A stretch of DNA of 64,000 nucleotides from Candidatus Latescibacterota bacterium. GTDB taxonomy: Bacteria; Latescibacterota; UBA2968; UBA8231. Made by a program: the position numbers and the translations under genes. This document shows, piece after piece, positions 18,886 through 28,620 of the stretch. Where the stretch lies: positions 320,001 to 384,000 of the forward strand of contig CBDETK010000013.1 of NCBI GenBank assembly GCA_965242865.1, written 5' to 3'. Under the pieces are notes generated by a model, which ran no database searches, was not told where the DNA came from, and saw nothing but the letters and a program-made list of their open reading frames with translations. The first letter of the stretch is position 1. Each line of letters opens with the position of its first letter.

Positions 18886-20141
18886 TCAGCCTCCTCCACC
18901 CTCCTCAACGTCCCCCCATCCCGCACGGCCTCGTAAATCTGGGCGAACTCGCGGCTGCCATCGTCTTCGACGGGGAGGCATTCGGAGCCGCTTTCGCAGA
19001 TGGGCATGGCGTCGCGAGGGTATTCGCTGTGGAGGGCCTGCTTGGAGCAGCCATAATAGGTGACTTCGCCGTTGGCGCGGGCGTAGCGATAGACGTGACG
19101 AGGCGGATCGACCCAACTGTAATCCACCCGATATTGCTCTATGGCCTGCTGGTCAATTTCGACGCCGAGGCCGGGCCGGGCCGGGACTTGGTAGTAGCCG
19201 CCGCGCAGTTGGATGGGAGCGGCCAACAGTTGGTGTTCCCAGATGTTCATGCAGGTAATGGCCGGCCACTTGCCCTGGGGACAGACCGCGCCCAAGTGGG
19301 CGGCCCACGTGGTGGTGATGCCCGTGCCGACGAGCTGGAGCCAGAAGGGTTTGTTGGCTGCGTCTGCGACCGCAGATTGCTGCACAATGCCGTAGGCCCC
19401 AGCGCAGACGACAAAGCCATCGGCGACGTCCTCTCGCAGGGCAGTGAGAATGGGCGGCGAGCCGTAGTGCATGGCCAGCGGGCGGCGGATGTGGCGGCGA
19501 ATTTGGACATTGCCGGCCACATCGCCTTGGGGGATCGGCGTCTCAATCATGGCCACCTGCGGGTATTGCTCCAAGGTCGCCAAAAACTCGACCGCGCTGG
19601 CGGCGTTGGCGAGCGTTCCGTTGAAGTCTAAGTCGAGCTTGAACTGCGGGGGAACGGCCGCGATGATGGCTTGGATACAGGCGTGTAGGTCGAACCAAGT
19701 CCGCGCCTTGAGCTTGGCGGTGGTATAGCCCTGGGCGACGGCGTCCGCGCATTGACGCGCCCAGTCGGCGGGCGGCATGTCTATCGCCCACCACGACAGC
19801 GGGCACCACGTGCGGACCTTGGTCCCCAGCAGGCGATAGGCCGGGGAGCCCAAGGCTTTGCCCACCGCGTCGAACAACGCCTGTTGGACCCCAGCACCCA
19901 GCGCATCCTCCCACAACAAGTCGCCCGCGGCGCGGCCGACAATGCGGTCTTCAATGTCCGCGGGGACTTTGGCCCACGTGTAATTGGGAATGGTCTCGCC
20001 CCAGCCTATGGTGCCGTCGGCGAGGGTGATTTTGCAGAGTTGGACAATGCGCCAATGCGGCAGCCAGTACTGCATCTGCTGATTGGTGTGGTCGGTAAAC
20101 GGAACGTCCAAGTGGATGAGTTCGACGGATTGGACTTGCAT
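18882..20141 (-). CDS. Mandelate racemase/muconate lactonizing enzyme family protein
   Basis: GWGET, ALFDAVGKALG.P.Y.LLG, KLK, DFN, ETP motifs. Confidence 0.85.
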   Translation of the reverse strand: MQVQSVELIHLDVPFTDHTNQQMQYWLPHWRIVQLCKITLADGTIGWGETIPNYTWAKVPADIEDRIVGRAAGDLLWEDALGAGVQQALFDAVGKALGSPAYRLLGTKVRTWCPLSWWAIDMPPADWARQCADAVAQGYTTAKLKARTWFDLHACIQAIIAAVPPQFKLDLDFNGTLANAASAVEFLATLEQYPQVAMIETPIPQGDVAGNVQIRRHIRRPLAMHYGSPPILTALREDVADGFVVCAGAYGIVQQSAVADAANKPFWLQLVGTGITTTWAAHLGAVCPQGKWPAITCMNIWEHQLLAAPIQLRGGYYQVPARPGLGVEIDQQAIEQYRVDYSWVDPPRHVYRYARANGEVTYYGCSKQALHSEYPRDAMPICESGSECLPVEDDGSREFAQIYEAVRDGGTLRRVEEAE

Positions 20142-20172
20142 GGGAAACTCCTTTGGGAGATTGTTTCTGAAA

Positions 20173-20790
20173 TTACAGGATATTCAAAAGGTCCTTCAAA
20201 GGGCCGAATGCGTCGGTATCAAATGCCCATAGACCGCTTTCCGCGGCTTCGCCTAGGCGGAGATTGGGGCGTTCTCTCGATGCGAGAAATGCGTGTACCC
20301 GCGCTTTTGGCATCCACACTTTTCTCGGCCCCTTTATATCTGCTTGGCTGATGCATTCGAAATACCGATTTACACATTCCATTGCAGGATCGGTTTTTAC
20401 GGACTCAAGGCAGACATCCTCAATCATCGTGCCCGCTATATTATGCGGAATGATCAGGTAAGCGACCTTCAAAGAATCATTTGAAACTGGTTCAAGAGAT
20501 CTGGAAGGAACTGGTAGCCCAGCATTCGATAGAGCACTGCGGATTTGTTGTTCGCGACCGCTCCTATTTGAGTTCGCATCTGCCACGATTGCAAGAGAGC
20601 GGACAAGTCCAAAGTTGGATGAACTGCTGAAAGCCTTGAGAAATCGCCTCAGATTTTTATTCCCACCGTAATGTTGTAATTCCAAGTCTCGAGTATTCAA
20701 ATGCCTAGATAACGATTTAAACACCCGGATCTCGTCGTTGCCCTCGACAATGACCTGTCTTGGTTGTGTAATCTTCCAAGCAGCGAGCAC
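20173..20790 (-). CDS. DUF3226 (TOPRIM-like) protein
   Basis: IVEGNDE, IVADAN, GTMIED; abuts the ATPase gene; low GC. Confidence 0.7.
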   Translation of the reverse strand: MLAAWKITQPRQVIVEGNDEIRVFKSLSRHLNTRDLELQHYGGNKNLRRFLKAFSSSSNFGLVRSLAIVADANSNRSGREQQIRSALSNAGLPVPSRSLEPVSNDSLKVAYLIIPHNIAGTMIEDVCLESVKTDPAMECVNRYFECISQADIKGPRKVWMPKARVHAFLASRERPNLRLGEAAESGLWAFDTDAFGPLKDLLNIL

Positions 20791-21900
20791 TTACCTTATC
20801 TCCATGTTGAAATCAATGGCTGTTTCAAGCATTTCATCGTCGAAGCGCACCGCATTGACCTCTCTTTTGACACGATCAAGGCGGTAAAACGCCAACTCTT
20901 GCTGTCCATGGTTTCTAAACGCACGGTGCGCCGCCCTTATACACTCACCACTGTGCGTCGTGGCGAATATCTGCACATCAAATGCTTTGGCAAGAGCTAG
21001 CAGGGTGGAAAACACTTCTTCTTGAACGCTGTGATGCAGTCCGTTTTCAATCTCGTCAATTAGGAGCAGGCCACCTCGTACCTCGCCGATAGACAACGCG
21101 AGTCCGAGCATTCGATTCAAACCTTCGCCAAGTAATTGAACAGGTATTGGCCCATCCATATTGTCTATATAGGCATGAATGACGGGTATATTGTTGATCG
21201 GAATAAGCGTTAATCTCCGCAGACGGGGTTCCAGTGGACGAATAAATTGCAGAATCTTTTCATCCACTCCTGCTAACTGGAATCTGCCAAATTTCGATGC
21301 AATGGCTTGCAGATCTTCTCTTTGAACTGATGCCATGAATACCGAATTGGCCCTATTGTGGACTGCTTGGCGTTCTTGCCGGATACTCAAACCTGGCAAT
21401 GCCGCACCGCGACCAACCGGCATTTGCTCTGCAACCCACCAAGCCCTGGATGTATATTCGTTTTTATTCTCATGCTGATACTTAAACACAATCTCAAACT
21501 CACCTTCGGTTTGAGGGCGTGTCAGTCGTTCTGTACTCGTCCTTTCGAGAGCATCGGAACGGATCATATCAACTTGCTGGTGCTCCTGTAGATAGATATC
21601 TAACGTACGCGGAAGACTACCCCAATCTCCATAGGCACTTACTCTGATGTACCTACCAATATCAAAGTCGCGAAAAATATCGTAGAAGGTTCTCTCGGGG
21701 CCGAGCATGGGAATTCCCCTCAATGTCCTTACTCTGGCAACCAACTCGGGAAGGTCCGCGCCGCTAAACAGCCACAGTGCTTCGAGCAAAGCTGTCTTAC
21801 CCGCTCCGTTTTTCCCACAGATCAGCGTCAGCCGGCCAAGATGTTCTAGCGCGACTGACTTGAGATTGCGGAAATTTGTTACAGTAAGACTCGTCAGCAT
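20791..21900 (-). CDS. AAA_15/AAA_21 ABC-type ATPase
   Basis: NFR, GKNGAGKT, LGEG signature, LLIDEIENGLH, FATTHS. Confidence 0.88.
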   Translation of the reverse strand: MLTSLTVTNFRNLKSVALEHLGRLTLICGKNGAGKTALLEALWLFSGADLPELVARVRTLRGIPMLGPERTFYDIFRDFDIGRYIRVSAYGDWGSLPRTLDIYLQEHQQVDMIRSDALERTSTERLTRPQTEGEFEIVFKYQHENKNEYTSRAWWVAEQMPVGRGAALPGLSIRQERQAVHNRANSVFMASVQREDLQAIASKFGRFQLAGVDEKILQFIRPLEPRLRRLTLIPINNIPVIHAYIDNMDGPIPVQLLGEGLNRMLGLALSIGEVRGGLLLIDEIENGLHHSVQEEVFSTLLALAKAFDVQIFATTHSGECIRAAHRAFRNHGQQELAFYRLDRVKREVNAVRFDDEMLETAIDFNMEIR

Positions 21901-22052
21901 GGGATCTTTCCTCGTTTTCTCCGATAAAACTTAGTAGATAGACTAAGAGAAGGGCTGTGTCAAGCTGTTTACGCGATGGTGAGCACTACTGGGCGAGGGG
22001 CATCGCTCGGGCGAGCTCCTATGCACAACGGCAGTGCATTATATTTTTCGGC

Positions 22053-24170
22053 ATGGAAATTCGCCAATTCGCCGAGCAGGTGCTCTTCGGAACGCGCTGG
22101 GAAGACAAGCTCATCGTCCTCGATCGCTATGAGGACCACGCGCCCGGGGCGGGGATTGAGACCCCCAGTGCCCCGGGCCGCCCGCCCGGCTTGGGGCTGG
22201 ACGAGTGGCACCAGCGGGAAAAGCTCCGCTTCCGCGACGTGCGCCACTTCCACAACGAAAAAGAACGCGGGCTGGTCTTGCACTTTTTTGCCAATCACGA
22301 GCTGCTCGCCTTGGAGCTGATGGCACTGGCCCTGCTCAAATTTCCGCAGGCCCCCAAGAAGTTTCGTCGCGGCTTGGTGCAGACGCTCAAAGACGAGCAA
22401 GAGCACGTGCGGCTCTACCAGCAGCGGATGCAGGAGATTGGGGTGAAGTTTGGCGAGATTCCGGTCGGCGACTTTTTCTGGCAGGCCATCGGGCCGATGG
22501 AGACCCCGATGGACTTTGTAACGGGCTTGAGCCTGACCCTCGAACAAGCCAATCTCGACTACTCCAAGCACTACGCCGCGATCTATCGGCAGTTGGACGA
22601 CCCAGAGACTGCGGCGATTCTGGAGCGGATCTACCGCGACGAAATCGGCCACGTCAAACACGGGTTGGCGTGGTTTAGACGCTGGCAGGAGGCCGGGTTG
22701 AGCGAGTGGGAAGCCTATCGCCGGGCACTGCGCTTCCCGCTGGGACCTGCGCGGGCCAAAGGCATTGGCTTCAATCGCACGGGTCGGCTCAAGGCCGGGC
22801 TTTCCGCGGATTATATCGACGAGTTAGAGCTGTTCTCGCAGTCGCGGGGACGCTGTCCAGCCGTGTACTGGTTCAATGCCAACTGCGAGGAGCAAGTGGC
22901 CTTGGGGCGGCCCGGTGTTACGCCGCCGCAGCGGGTGGCCGAATTGGAGGCCGACTTCCAAGCGCTGCCCATGCTCCTGTGTGCCCGCGATGACGTGGTG
23001 CTCCTGCGCGCAAAGCCTTCGCCGGCCTTTTTGCGGCGGATGCAGGAGGTGGGCTTTGCGATTCCAGAGTTCGTCGAATGCAGCGCGGATGGCCTAGCGG
23101 CCCTTGCCGAGCGCAAGGTCAACGTGCTCAGACCTTGGGGCTGGAGTCCAGACAGTGCCGAGTTGCTCGCACCATTGGCCGCGGGCTTGCCGCACGGTGG
23201 AGAAGGGCCTTGCTGGAGCACGGCACTTAGGTCGCTCTACGCCAAGTCGTGGAGCGCGGCGCGACTGGGCGAATTCCTCGCAGTACACGAGGCCGACTAC
23301 TTCTGCGGGACGGATGCGGTCGGCACGGCTTGCGAGACGACGGAACAAGTCCTAACGCAGATAGAGCGTTTGGCGGCGGGTTCTGGCGCGGTGGTCGTCA
23401 AGGCTCTGTACGGCTCTTCGGGCCGGGGCCAGATCCACTGCCGCGAAGGTCAGGTGCGCGCAGAGCAACGCGGCCAGTTGGCGAACATGTTGCGGCGGCA
23501 AGGCCAAGTCGTAGTAGAGCCGTGGCTCGACAAGGTGGTGGATTTGTCGCTGCATTTCGATGTGGGGGGCGAGGGTGCGGCGGTGGTGGCTGGCTGGACG
23601 CGGTTTCTCACCGATGGGCGCGGGCAGTATCGCGGCTCGTTTGTCGGCTCGCTCACCGCTGGCCTCGACGAGGAGGCAAAGCGATTTCTCTACGGCGATG
23701 GCCGCGATGCACGCCGCTTACCGCGCTTGGGCGAGCAACTGGCCGAATGGCTCGTTGAGCCGTTGTGCGCTGCTGGTTATCAAGGGCCGGTTGGCGTGGA
23801 TGCCATGGTGTACCGCGACCGCGACCGACTGCGGCTAAAGCCGATTGTGGAGCTCAACCCGCGCACGACGATGGGTCGGGTGGCACTCAAGCTGCGACAG
23901 GCGGTTAATTCGGCGCGCACGGCCCTGTGGTTGGTACTCAGCCGCCGCGAAGTGGTAGCGGCTGGATTTGCTGGCTTGGCCGAATGCGCCGCTGCGCTGG
24001 AGGCCGCGCATCCGGCCCGGCTGATGCCCGATGGCAAGCAATTGAGCGGTGGGGTGCTTTTTACGACCGATCCAGCCCAGGCCCGTTCCTTCGCCACCGC
24101 GCTGCTGGTCGGCGAATCGCTGGCCGAGTGCGAGGAGTACCTGCGAGAAGCGGGGCTGGTGCTCAAGTAG
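22053..24170 (+). CDS. DUF455 ferritin-like diiron domain fused to ATP-grasp-like domain
   Basis: HFFANHELLALE, DEQEH, EQANLD, DEIGHV; then VKALYGSSGRG, VVEPW, GPVGVDAM, VELNPRTTMG. Confidence 0.8.
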   Translation: MEIRQFAEQVLFGTRWEDKLIVLDRYEDHAPGAGIETPSAPGRPPGLGLDEWHQREKLRFRDVRHFHNEKERGLVLHFFANHELLALELMALALLKFPQAPKKFRRGLVQTLKDEQEHVRLYQQRMQEIGVKFGEIPVGDFFWQAIGPMETPMDFVTGLSLTLEQANLDYSKHYAAIYRQLDDPETAAILERIYRDEIGHVKHGLAWFRRWQEAGLSEWEAYRRALRFPLGPARAKGIGFNRTGRLKAGLSADYIDELELFSQSRGRCPAVYWFNANCEEQVALGRPGVTPPQRVAELEADFQALPMLLCARDDVVLLRAKPSPAFLRRMQEVGFAIPEFVECSADGLAALAERKVNVLRPWGWSPDSAELLAPLAAGLPHGGEGPCWSTALRSLYAKSWSAARLGEFLAVHEADYFCGTDAVGTACETTEQVLTQIERLAAGSGAVVVKALYGSSGRGQIHCREGQVRAEQRGQLANMLRRQGQVVVEPWLDKVVDLSLHFDVGGEGAAVVAGWTRFLTDGRGQYRGSFVGSLTAGLDEEAKRFLYGDGRDARRLPRLGEQLAEWLVEPLCAAGYQGPVGVDAMVYRDRDRLRLKPIVELNPRTTMGRVALKLRQAVNSARTALWLVLSRREVVAAGFAGLAECAAALEAAHPARLMPDGKQLSGGVLFTTDPAQARSFATALLVGESLAECEEYLREAGLVLK

Positions 24171-24303
24171 GAAGCGAACTGAGGTAAGCGATCTTACGCA
24201 CGGGCTTCTTGGATATAGGATGCTGCTCATGCCTAAAGACGCAGCGTAGGCCGCGCCGAAGGCGAGGACGCAGCACAAGACCGCGCCAAGGGCGCCGGAC
24301 CCG

Positions 24304-24927
24304 CTAATTTTCCTCGACAAACGAGCGCAAATCCCCTTTGCCCACCCGCAGCACCTCGGCGCGATCCCCCACCAACGACACCACGCTCGAAGCCTCCACC
24401 GGCAGCGGCCCGCACTCCAAGATCAAATCCACTTGCGGCCCCAACTCTTCCTCCAAGGCCCACGGCTCGGTCAGCACGGCTTGATCGGCGTAGTTCGCGC
24501 TGGTGCTCAGGATGGGTTGGCCGAGGGCGCGGACCAAGGCCAGCGGCACTGGGTGATCGGGAATCCGCAGGCCGACCGTCTTCTGCTTGGTTTGGAGGAT
24601 GCGCGGCGTCTGGCGGGTAGCGGGCAACACAAAGGTGTACGCCCCCGGCAGGCACTGCTTGAGGATGCGATGGGCATAATTGGAGACGCGGGCGTAGTCG
24701 CTGATGTGGGTCAGGTCGGCGCACACAAAGGACATGGGCTTCTTTTTGTCGCGCCCCTTGATGCGCTGTACGCGCTCAATCGCCTGCTTGTTGGTGATGT
24801 CGCAGCCGAGGCCGTAGATCGTATCGGTGGGATAGACGAGGACGCCGCCTTGGCGCAACACCTCAACGGCGCGCTGGATGTGGCGGCCTTTGAGGCGGTC
24901 GGGATGCACGGTCAGGACTTGGGCCAT
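24304..24927 (-). CDS. Sua5/YciO/YrdC family (threonylcarbamoyl-AMP synthase-like)
   Basis: YPTDTIYGLGC, KGR...KP, PGAYT, GLRIP, STSAN. Confidence 0.9.
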   Translation of the reverse strand: MAQVLTVHPDRLKGRHIQRAVEVLRQGGVLVYPTDTIYGLGCDITNKQAIERVQRIKGRDKKKPMSFVCADLTHISDYARVSNYAHRILKQCLPGAYTFVLPATRQTPRILQTKQKTVGLRIPDHPVPLALVRALGQPILSTSANYADQAVLTEPWALEEELGPQVDLILECGPLPVEASSVVSLVGDRAEVLRVGKGDLRSFVEEN

Positions 24928-24928
24928 T

Positions 24929-25663
24929 TTAACGCTCCCGGTCAATTTTGGCGACCCACGCCTCGACGACGGCCGCGATCATGGCTTGGCCGTGCTCGGC
25001 ATTGGCCGTGTAGCTGTTTCGCGCCTCGTCTTGCTGGCAGTACCAAGGCGGCGCGTCGCCGAGGCGGTCTTGCTCCACCAGCTCGGGACGTGCGGCGAGC
25101 AGGAAGGAGGTCTCGTTGTACCCGGCGTGATCGCCCCCGGCCGGCGGACTCGATTCCGGGAGGATCATGGGCTGTACTTCAATGCGCCCGCCCCAAGAGC
25201 CGGCCCGGTTGAGCGCGTCGCGGTCGCCCCACCAGCCGCGTGGGTGCCCCTCGGCGAGCACCTGCTCAAATGCCAGCTCGGCTGCGGCCTTGCTAAAGGC
25301 CAAGGCGAGGGGACCGCCCATGCCTTGGTGCATGATGATGACGTAGGTCTTGCGAAAGCCCATTTCGAGAAAGTTGCGTAGGATGCTCTTGACCAAGCGG
25401 CCAAAGGCGTCGTAGTCCGGGTCGATGGTCCCGTCGGCCGGGCCGCCGAGGGCATAGCCGGTGGGGCCGTAGTCAAACGACGGGGCAATGGCGCAAGGAG
25501 TGTGTGCGGCCACGCGGTCGCAGATCGCCTCGACGATGAGGGTGTCGTGGCCGATGGCCATGTGCGGGCCGTGGGTCTCGATACAGCCGGCCGGCACGAG
25601 CAGGGGATGCCCTTGGGCCACCGCAGCGGTGAGTTGGTAGGGACGCAGGTGCTTGAGGTACAT
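24929..25663 (-). CDS. Creatininase-family amidohydrolase
   Basis: [20 protein letters not shown]. Confidence 0.85.
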   Translation of the reverse strand: MYLKHLRPYQLTAAVAQGHPLLVPAGCIETHGPHMAIGHDTLIVEAICDRVAAHTPCAIAPSFDYGPTGYALGGPADGTIDPDYDAFGRLVKSILRNFLEMGFRKTYVIIMHQGMGGPLALAFSKAAAELAFEQVLAEGHPRGWWGDRDALNRAGSWGGRIEVQPMILPESSPPAGGDHAGYNETSFLLAARPELVEQDRLGDAPPWYCQQDEARNSYTANAEHGQAMIAAVVEAWVAKIDRER

Positions 25664-25740
25664 GGAAGCTCCTTGTTGGGGCCGCGGAATTGGGCATAAT
25701 ATAGGCTAGGAAGAACACGTCAAGCGAGGACATTGAGCAG

Positions 25741-27642
25741 ATGGCGCACACGGTGATTGGCACGGCCGGGCACATTGACCACGGCAAAACCCTGTTGGTC
25801 AAGGCCCTGACCGGCATGGATACGGACCAAGCCCCAGAAGAGCGGGCGCGCGGGATTACCATTGAACTCGGGTTTGCCTTTTTGGGCGATCGGGCCACGA
25901 TCATCGACGTGCCCGGGCACGAGCGCTTCGTCAAGACCATGGTGGCCGGCGTCAGCACCATTGACGTGGCCATGCTGGTCATTGCCGCCGACGACGGGGT
26001 GATGCCGCAGTCGCGGGAGCACCTCGACGTGTTGCGGCTTTTGGGGGTTGAGCGCGGGGTGGTGGTGATCAACAAGGTTGATTTGGTGGAAGAGGAGTGG
26101 TTGGACTTGGTGGAGGAAGAGGTGCGCGAGTTTGTGCGCGGAACTTTTTTGGCGCCGGCCGAAATGTTCCGCGTCTCTGCGCTCAGCGGCGCGGGCATTG
26201 CCCCATTGCGGCAGCGGCTGTTGGCCATGGCCGAGGACACCGCAGCCAAACGCACGGACGCGCCGTTCCGCCTGCCCGTAGATCGGGCGTTTGGGGTCAA
26301 GGGCTTTGGTCTGGTCTGCACGGGCACGGTGCAGGCCGGGGCCTTGGCCGAGGGCGACCGCGTCGAGGTCGCGCCCGAGGGGCGATTGGTGCGCGTGCGT
26401 CGCTTGCAACAGCACGGAGCGGCCGTACAAGCGGTGCGGGCCGGCGACCGCGCCGCGATCAACTTGGCCGGCGTGGAGCAGGGCCAACTCGCACGCGGGC
26501 ACTCGCTGGTCGCGCCCGGATTTTTTCGCCCCACCCAAATGCTAGACGCCCAAGTGCAGCTCCTCGCCGCAAGCCCCGTGCCCATGGCGTCGCGCACCCG
26601 CGTACGCCTGCACTTGGGCACCCGGGAGATTATGGCGCGGGTCGTCCTCCCTACGGCCAAGCCGTTGACGCCCGGGCAGGAGAGCTTCGCCCAGCTTCGC
26701 TTGGAGGCCCCGGTCGTTGCGGCTTGGGGCGACCGCTTTGTGCTGCGCCGATACTCGCCGGCTCTGACGATTGGCGGCGGTCGGGTACTCAACCCGCATC
26801 CGGCCAAGCACCGGCGCTTTGAGCCGGCGTTGCTCGCGCATTTGCAGGTGTTGACCGAGGGCGACCTGCCCGAAGTCGTGGAGTGCTGGCTCCGCGGCGC
26901 GGACGACCGGCTCAAGAGCCAGCAGGTGCTGGCCGGCGAGCTGGGCCTCGGAGTGGAGCGGTTGACGCGCTGGACGGACGCACTCGTGGCGGCGGGCCGC
27001 GCCGTGCGCGTGACGTCCGAGGGACAGCCGCACGTTTTGCATCGCGCCGTGTGCGAGCACTGGGGGGCGCAGATCGAGGCCGCGCTGGCCCGCTTTCACC
27101 GCGTCCAGCCGCTCAAGTTGGGATTGCCGCGCGAAGAGCTCCGCAATTTGAGTGCCCGCTACGTCCAGCCCGAATTGTTCGACTGTGTGTTGCGCTACTT
27201 GGAGGAAGCCGGGCGGGTCGCGCTGGACGGGGCCGTGGTGCGGGCTGCGGCGCACCGAATATGCTTTACCCCAGAGCAAGCGGAGCTCAAGGCGGCACTG
27301 GAGGCGCGGCTCAACCCCGCGAATTTCGCCAACTTGCCGACGCTGGCCGAGCTAGCCCAAGCCCTCGACGCCTCGCGGGCCGAAGTGGCGGATATGCTGC
27401 AAGCGCTGCAAGCGCTAGGGGAGGTCGTCGCGTTGGAGGGGGGCTTGCTGATCCATTGTGCAGCCCTTGCCCGCGCTCGGGCACTGTTGAGCGATGTTCT
27501 CGCGCGCGACGGCGAGATTGCGGTCGCTGCATTCCGCACCCTGATTGGCAGCAACCGCAAATGCGCCATCGCGCTTTTGGGCTACTTTGACGCCGAGGGC
27601 CTGACGGTGCGCCGGGGCGATGTGCGGGTTTTGGTGGGCTGA
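25741..27642 (+). CDS. selB: Selenocysteine-specific elongation factor
   Basis: [41 protein letters not shown]-terminal winged helix (NRK.AI.LLGYFD). Confidence 0.95.
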   Translation: MAHTVIGTAGHIDHGKTLLVKALTGMDTDQAPEERARGITIELGFAFLGDRATIIDVPGHERFVKTMVAGVSTIDVAMLVIAADDGVMPQSREHLDVLRLLGVERGVVVINKVDLVEEEWLDLVEEEVREFVRGTFLAPAEMFRVSALSGAGIAPLRQRLLAMAEDTAAKRTDAPFRLPVDRAFGVKGFGLVCTGTVQAGALAEGDRVEVAPEGRLVRVRRLQQHGAAVQAVRAGDRAAINLAGVEQGQLARGHSLVAPGFFRPTQMLDAQVQLLAASPVPMASRTRVRLHLGTREIMARVVLPTAKPLTPGQESFAQLRLEAPVVAAWGDRFVLRRYSPALTIGGGRVLNPHPAKHRRFEPALLAHLQVLTEGDLPEVVECWLRGADDRLKSQQVLAGELGLGVERLTRWTDALVAAGRAVRVTSEGQPHVLHRAVCEHWGAQIEAALARFHRVQPLKLGLPREELRNLSARYVQPELFDCVLRYLEEAGRVALDGAVVRAAAHRICFTPEQAELKAALEARLNPANFANLPTLAELAQALDASRAEVADMLQALQALGEVVALEGGLLIHCAALARARALLSDVLARDGEIAVAAFRTLIGSNRKCAIALLGYFDAEGLTVRRGDVRVLVG

Positions 27643-27765
27643 CTACGGCGCGGTGCGGTGTGTTGGCGAGCAATCTGCATACCTTGAAATATGAGCGACC
27701 GCCGCACAAATTTCAAGGTATCCATTTACTGGATAGACTCCCGCGTCAGAGCCCCCAACGATTCA

Positions 27766-28491
27766 TCAGCCTTCGTCGTACCCCTTTACGGGCCGCGCCC
27801 AGATATTGCGATAGCGCACTAAATCGCCGTGGTCTTGCAAGCGGAGCGGGCCGGTGGGGGGGTGCGCTTCGTAGCGATAGACGCCGCGGTGGCCGGTGGG
27901 GCCTAAAATCTCGACGTGGTGGTGGACCAAGACGCCGTTGTGGATCAACGTCAGATAGGCCGGGCTGACCAACTCGGCGCCGTTGAAGCGCGGGGCCTGC
28001 CAGAAGATGTCGTAGGTCTGCCATGCGCCGGGCGGGCGGCAGGCGTTGACCAGCGGTGGGTACTCGCCATAGACGGCGGCCGTGGTGCCGTCGGCGTACG
28101 TGGGGTTGTCGTACCCGTCGAGGACTTGGATCTCGTATCGGCTCATGAGAAAGACTCCGCTGTTGCCGCGCCCTTGGCTCTCGCCTTTGACCTCGCTGGG
28201 ACAAGCAAATTCGAGGTGGTACTGGACATCGCCAAAGCGCGCTGTACTCGCGATGTCGCCGGTGCGGGGCGCGACCTCCAGGTATCCGTCGGCCACTCGC
28301 CAAGGCGCGTCGCCGCCGTTGACGCTCTGCCAGCTATCGAGACCGGTCCCGTCGAAAAGGACGACCGCGTCTGAAGGGGGGCTGTTGTCGCGGCCGGGCG
28401 TCACGACCGCCGGGGTTGGCCGCCGGTAATCGTGGACGCAATAGGGAGAGTTGGGGAGTAGGGGGGTATCGTCGTACCCTGATTTGCCCAT
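27766..28491 (-). CDS. DUF1080 (3-keto-disaccharide hydrolase-like) protein
   Basis: LFDG, RGNSGVFL..YEIQVLD, WQTYDI, LQDHG...YRNIW. Confidence 0.88.
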   Translation of the reverse strand: MGKSGYDDTPLLPNSPYCVHDYRRPTPAVVTPGRDNSPPSDAVVLFDGTGLDSWQSVNGGDAPWRVADGYLEVAPRTGDIASTARFGDVQYHLEFACPSEVKGESQGRGNSGVFLMSRYEIQVLDGYDNPTYADGTTAAVYGEYPPLVNACRPPGAWQTYDIFWQAPRFNGAELVSPAYLTLIHNGVLVHHHVEILGPTGHRGVYRYEAHPPTGPLRLQDHGDLVRYRNIWARPVKGYDEG

Positions 28492-28620
28492 GGCAAAGCT
28501 CCTTGTTGGGGGTGGCTGGATTGGCATATAAGGCATATAAAGGGAGCCGGCCGCGCTCGCGTCAATAGCTCGCCTAGGTGCGTTGGGTTATATTGAGGGC
28601 CGTTCAACTTGGAGGGCGCG

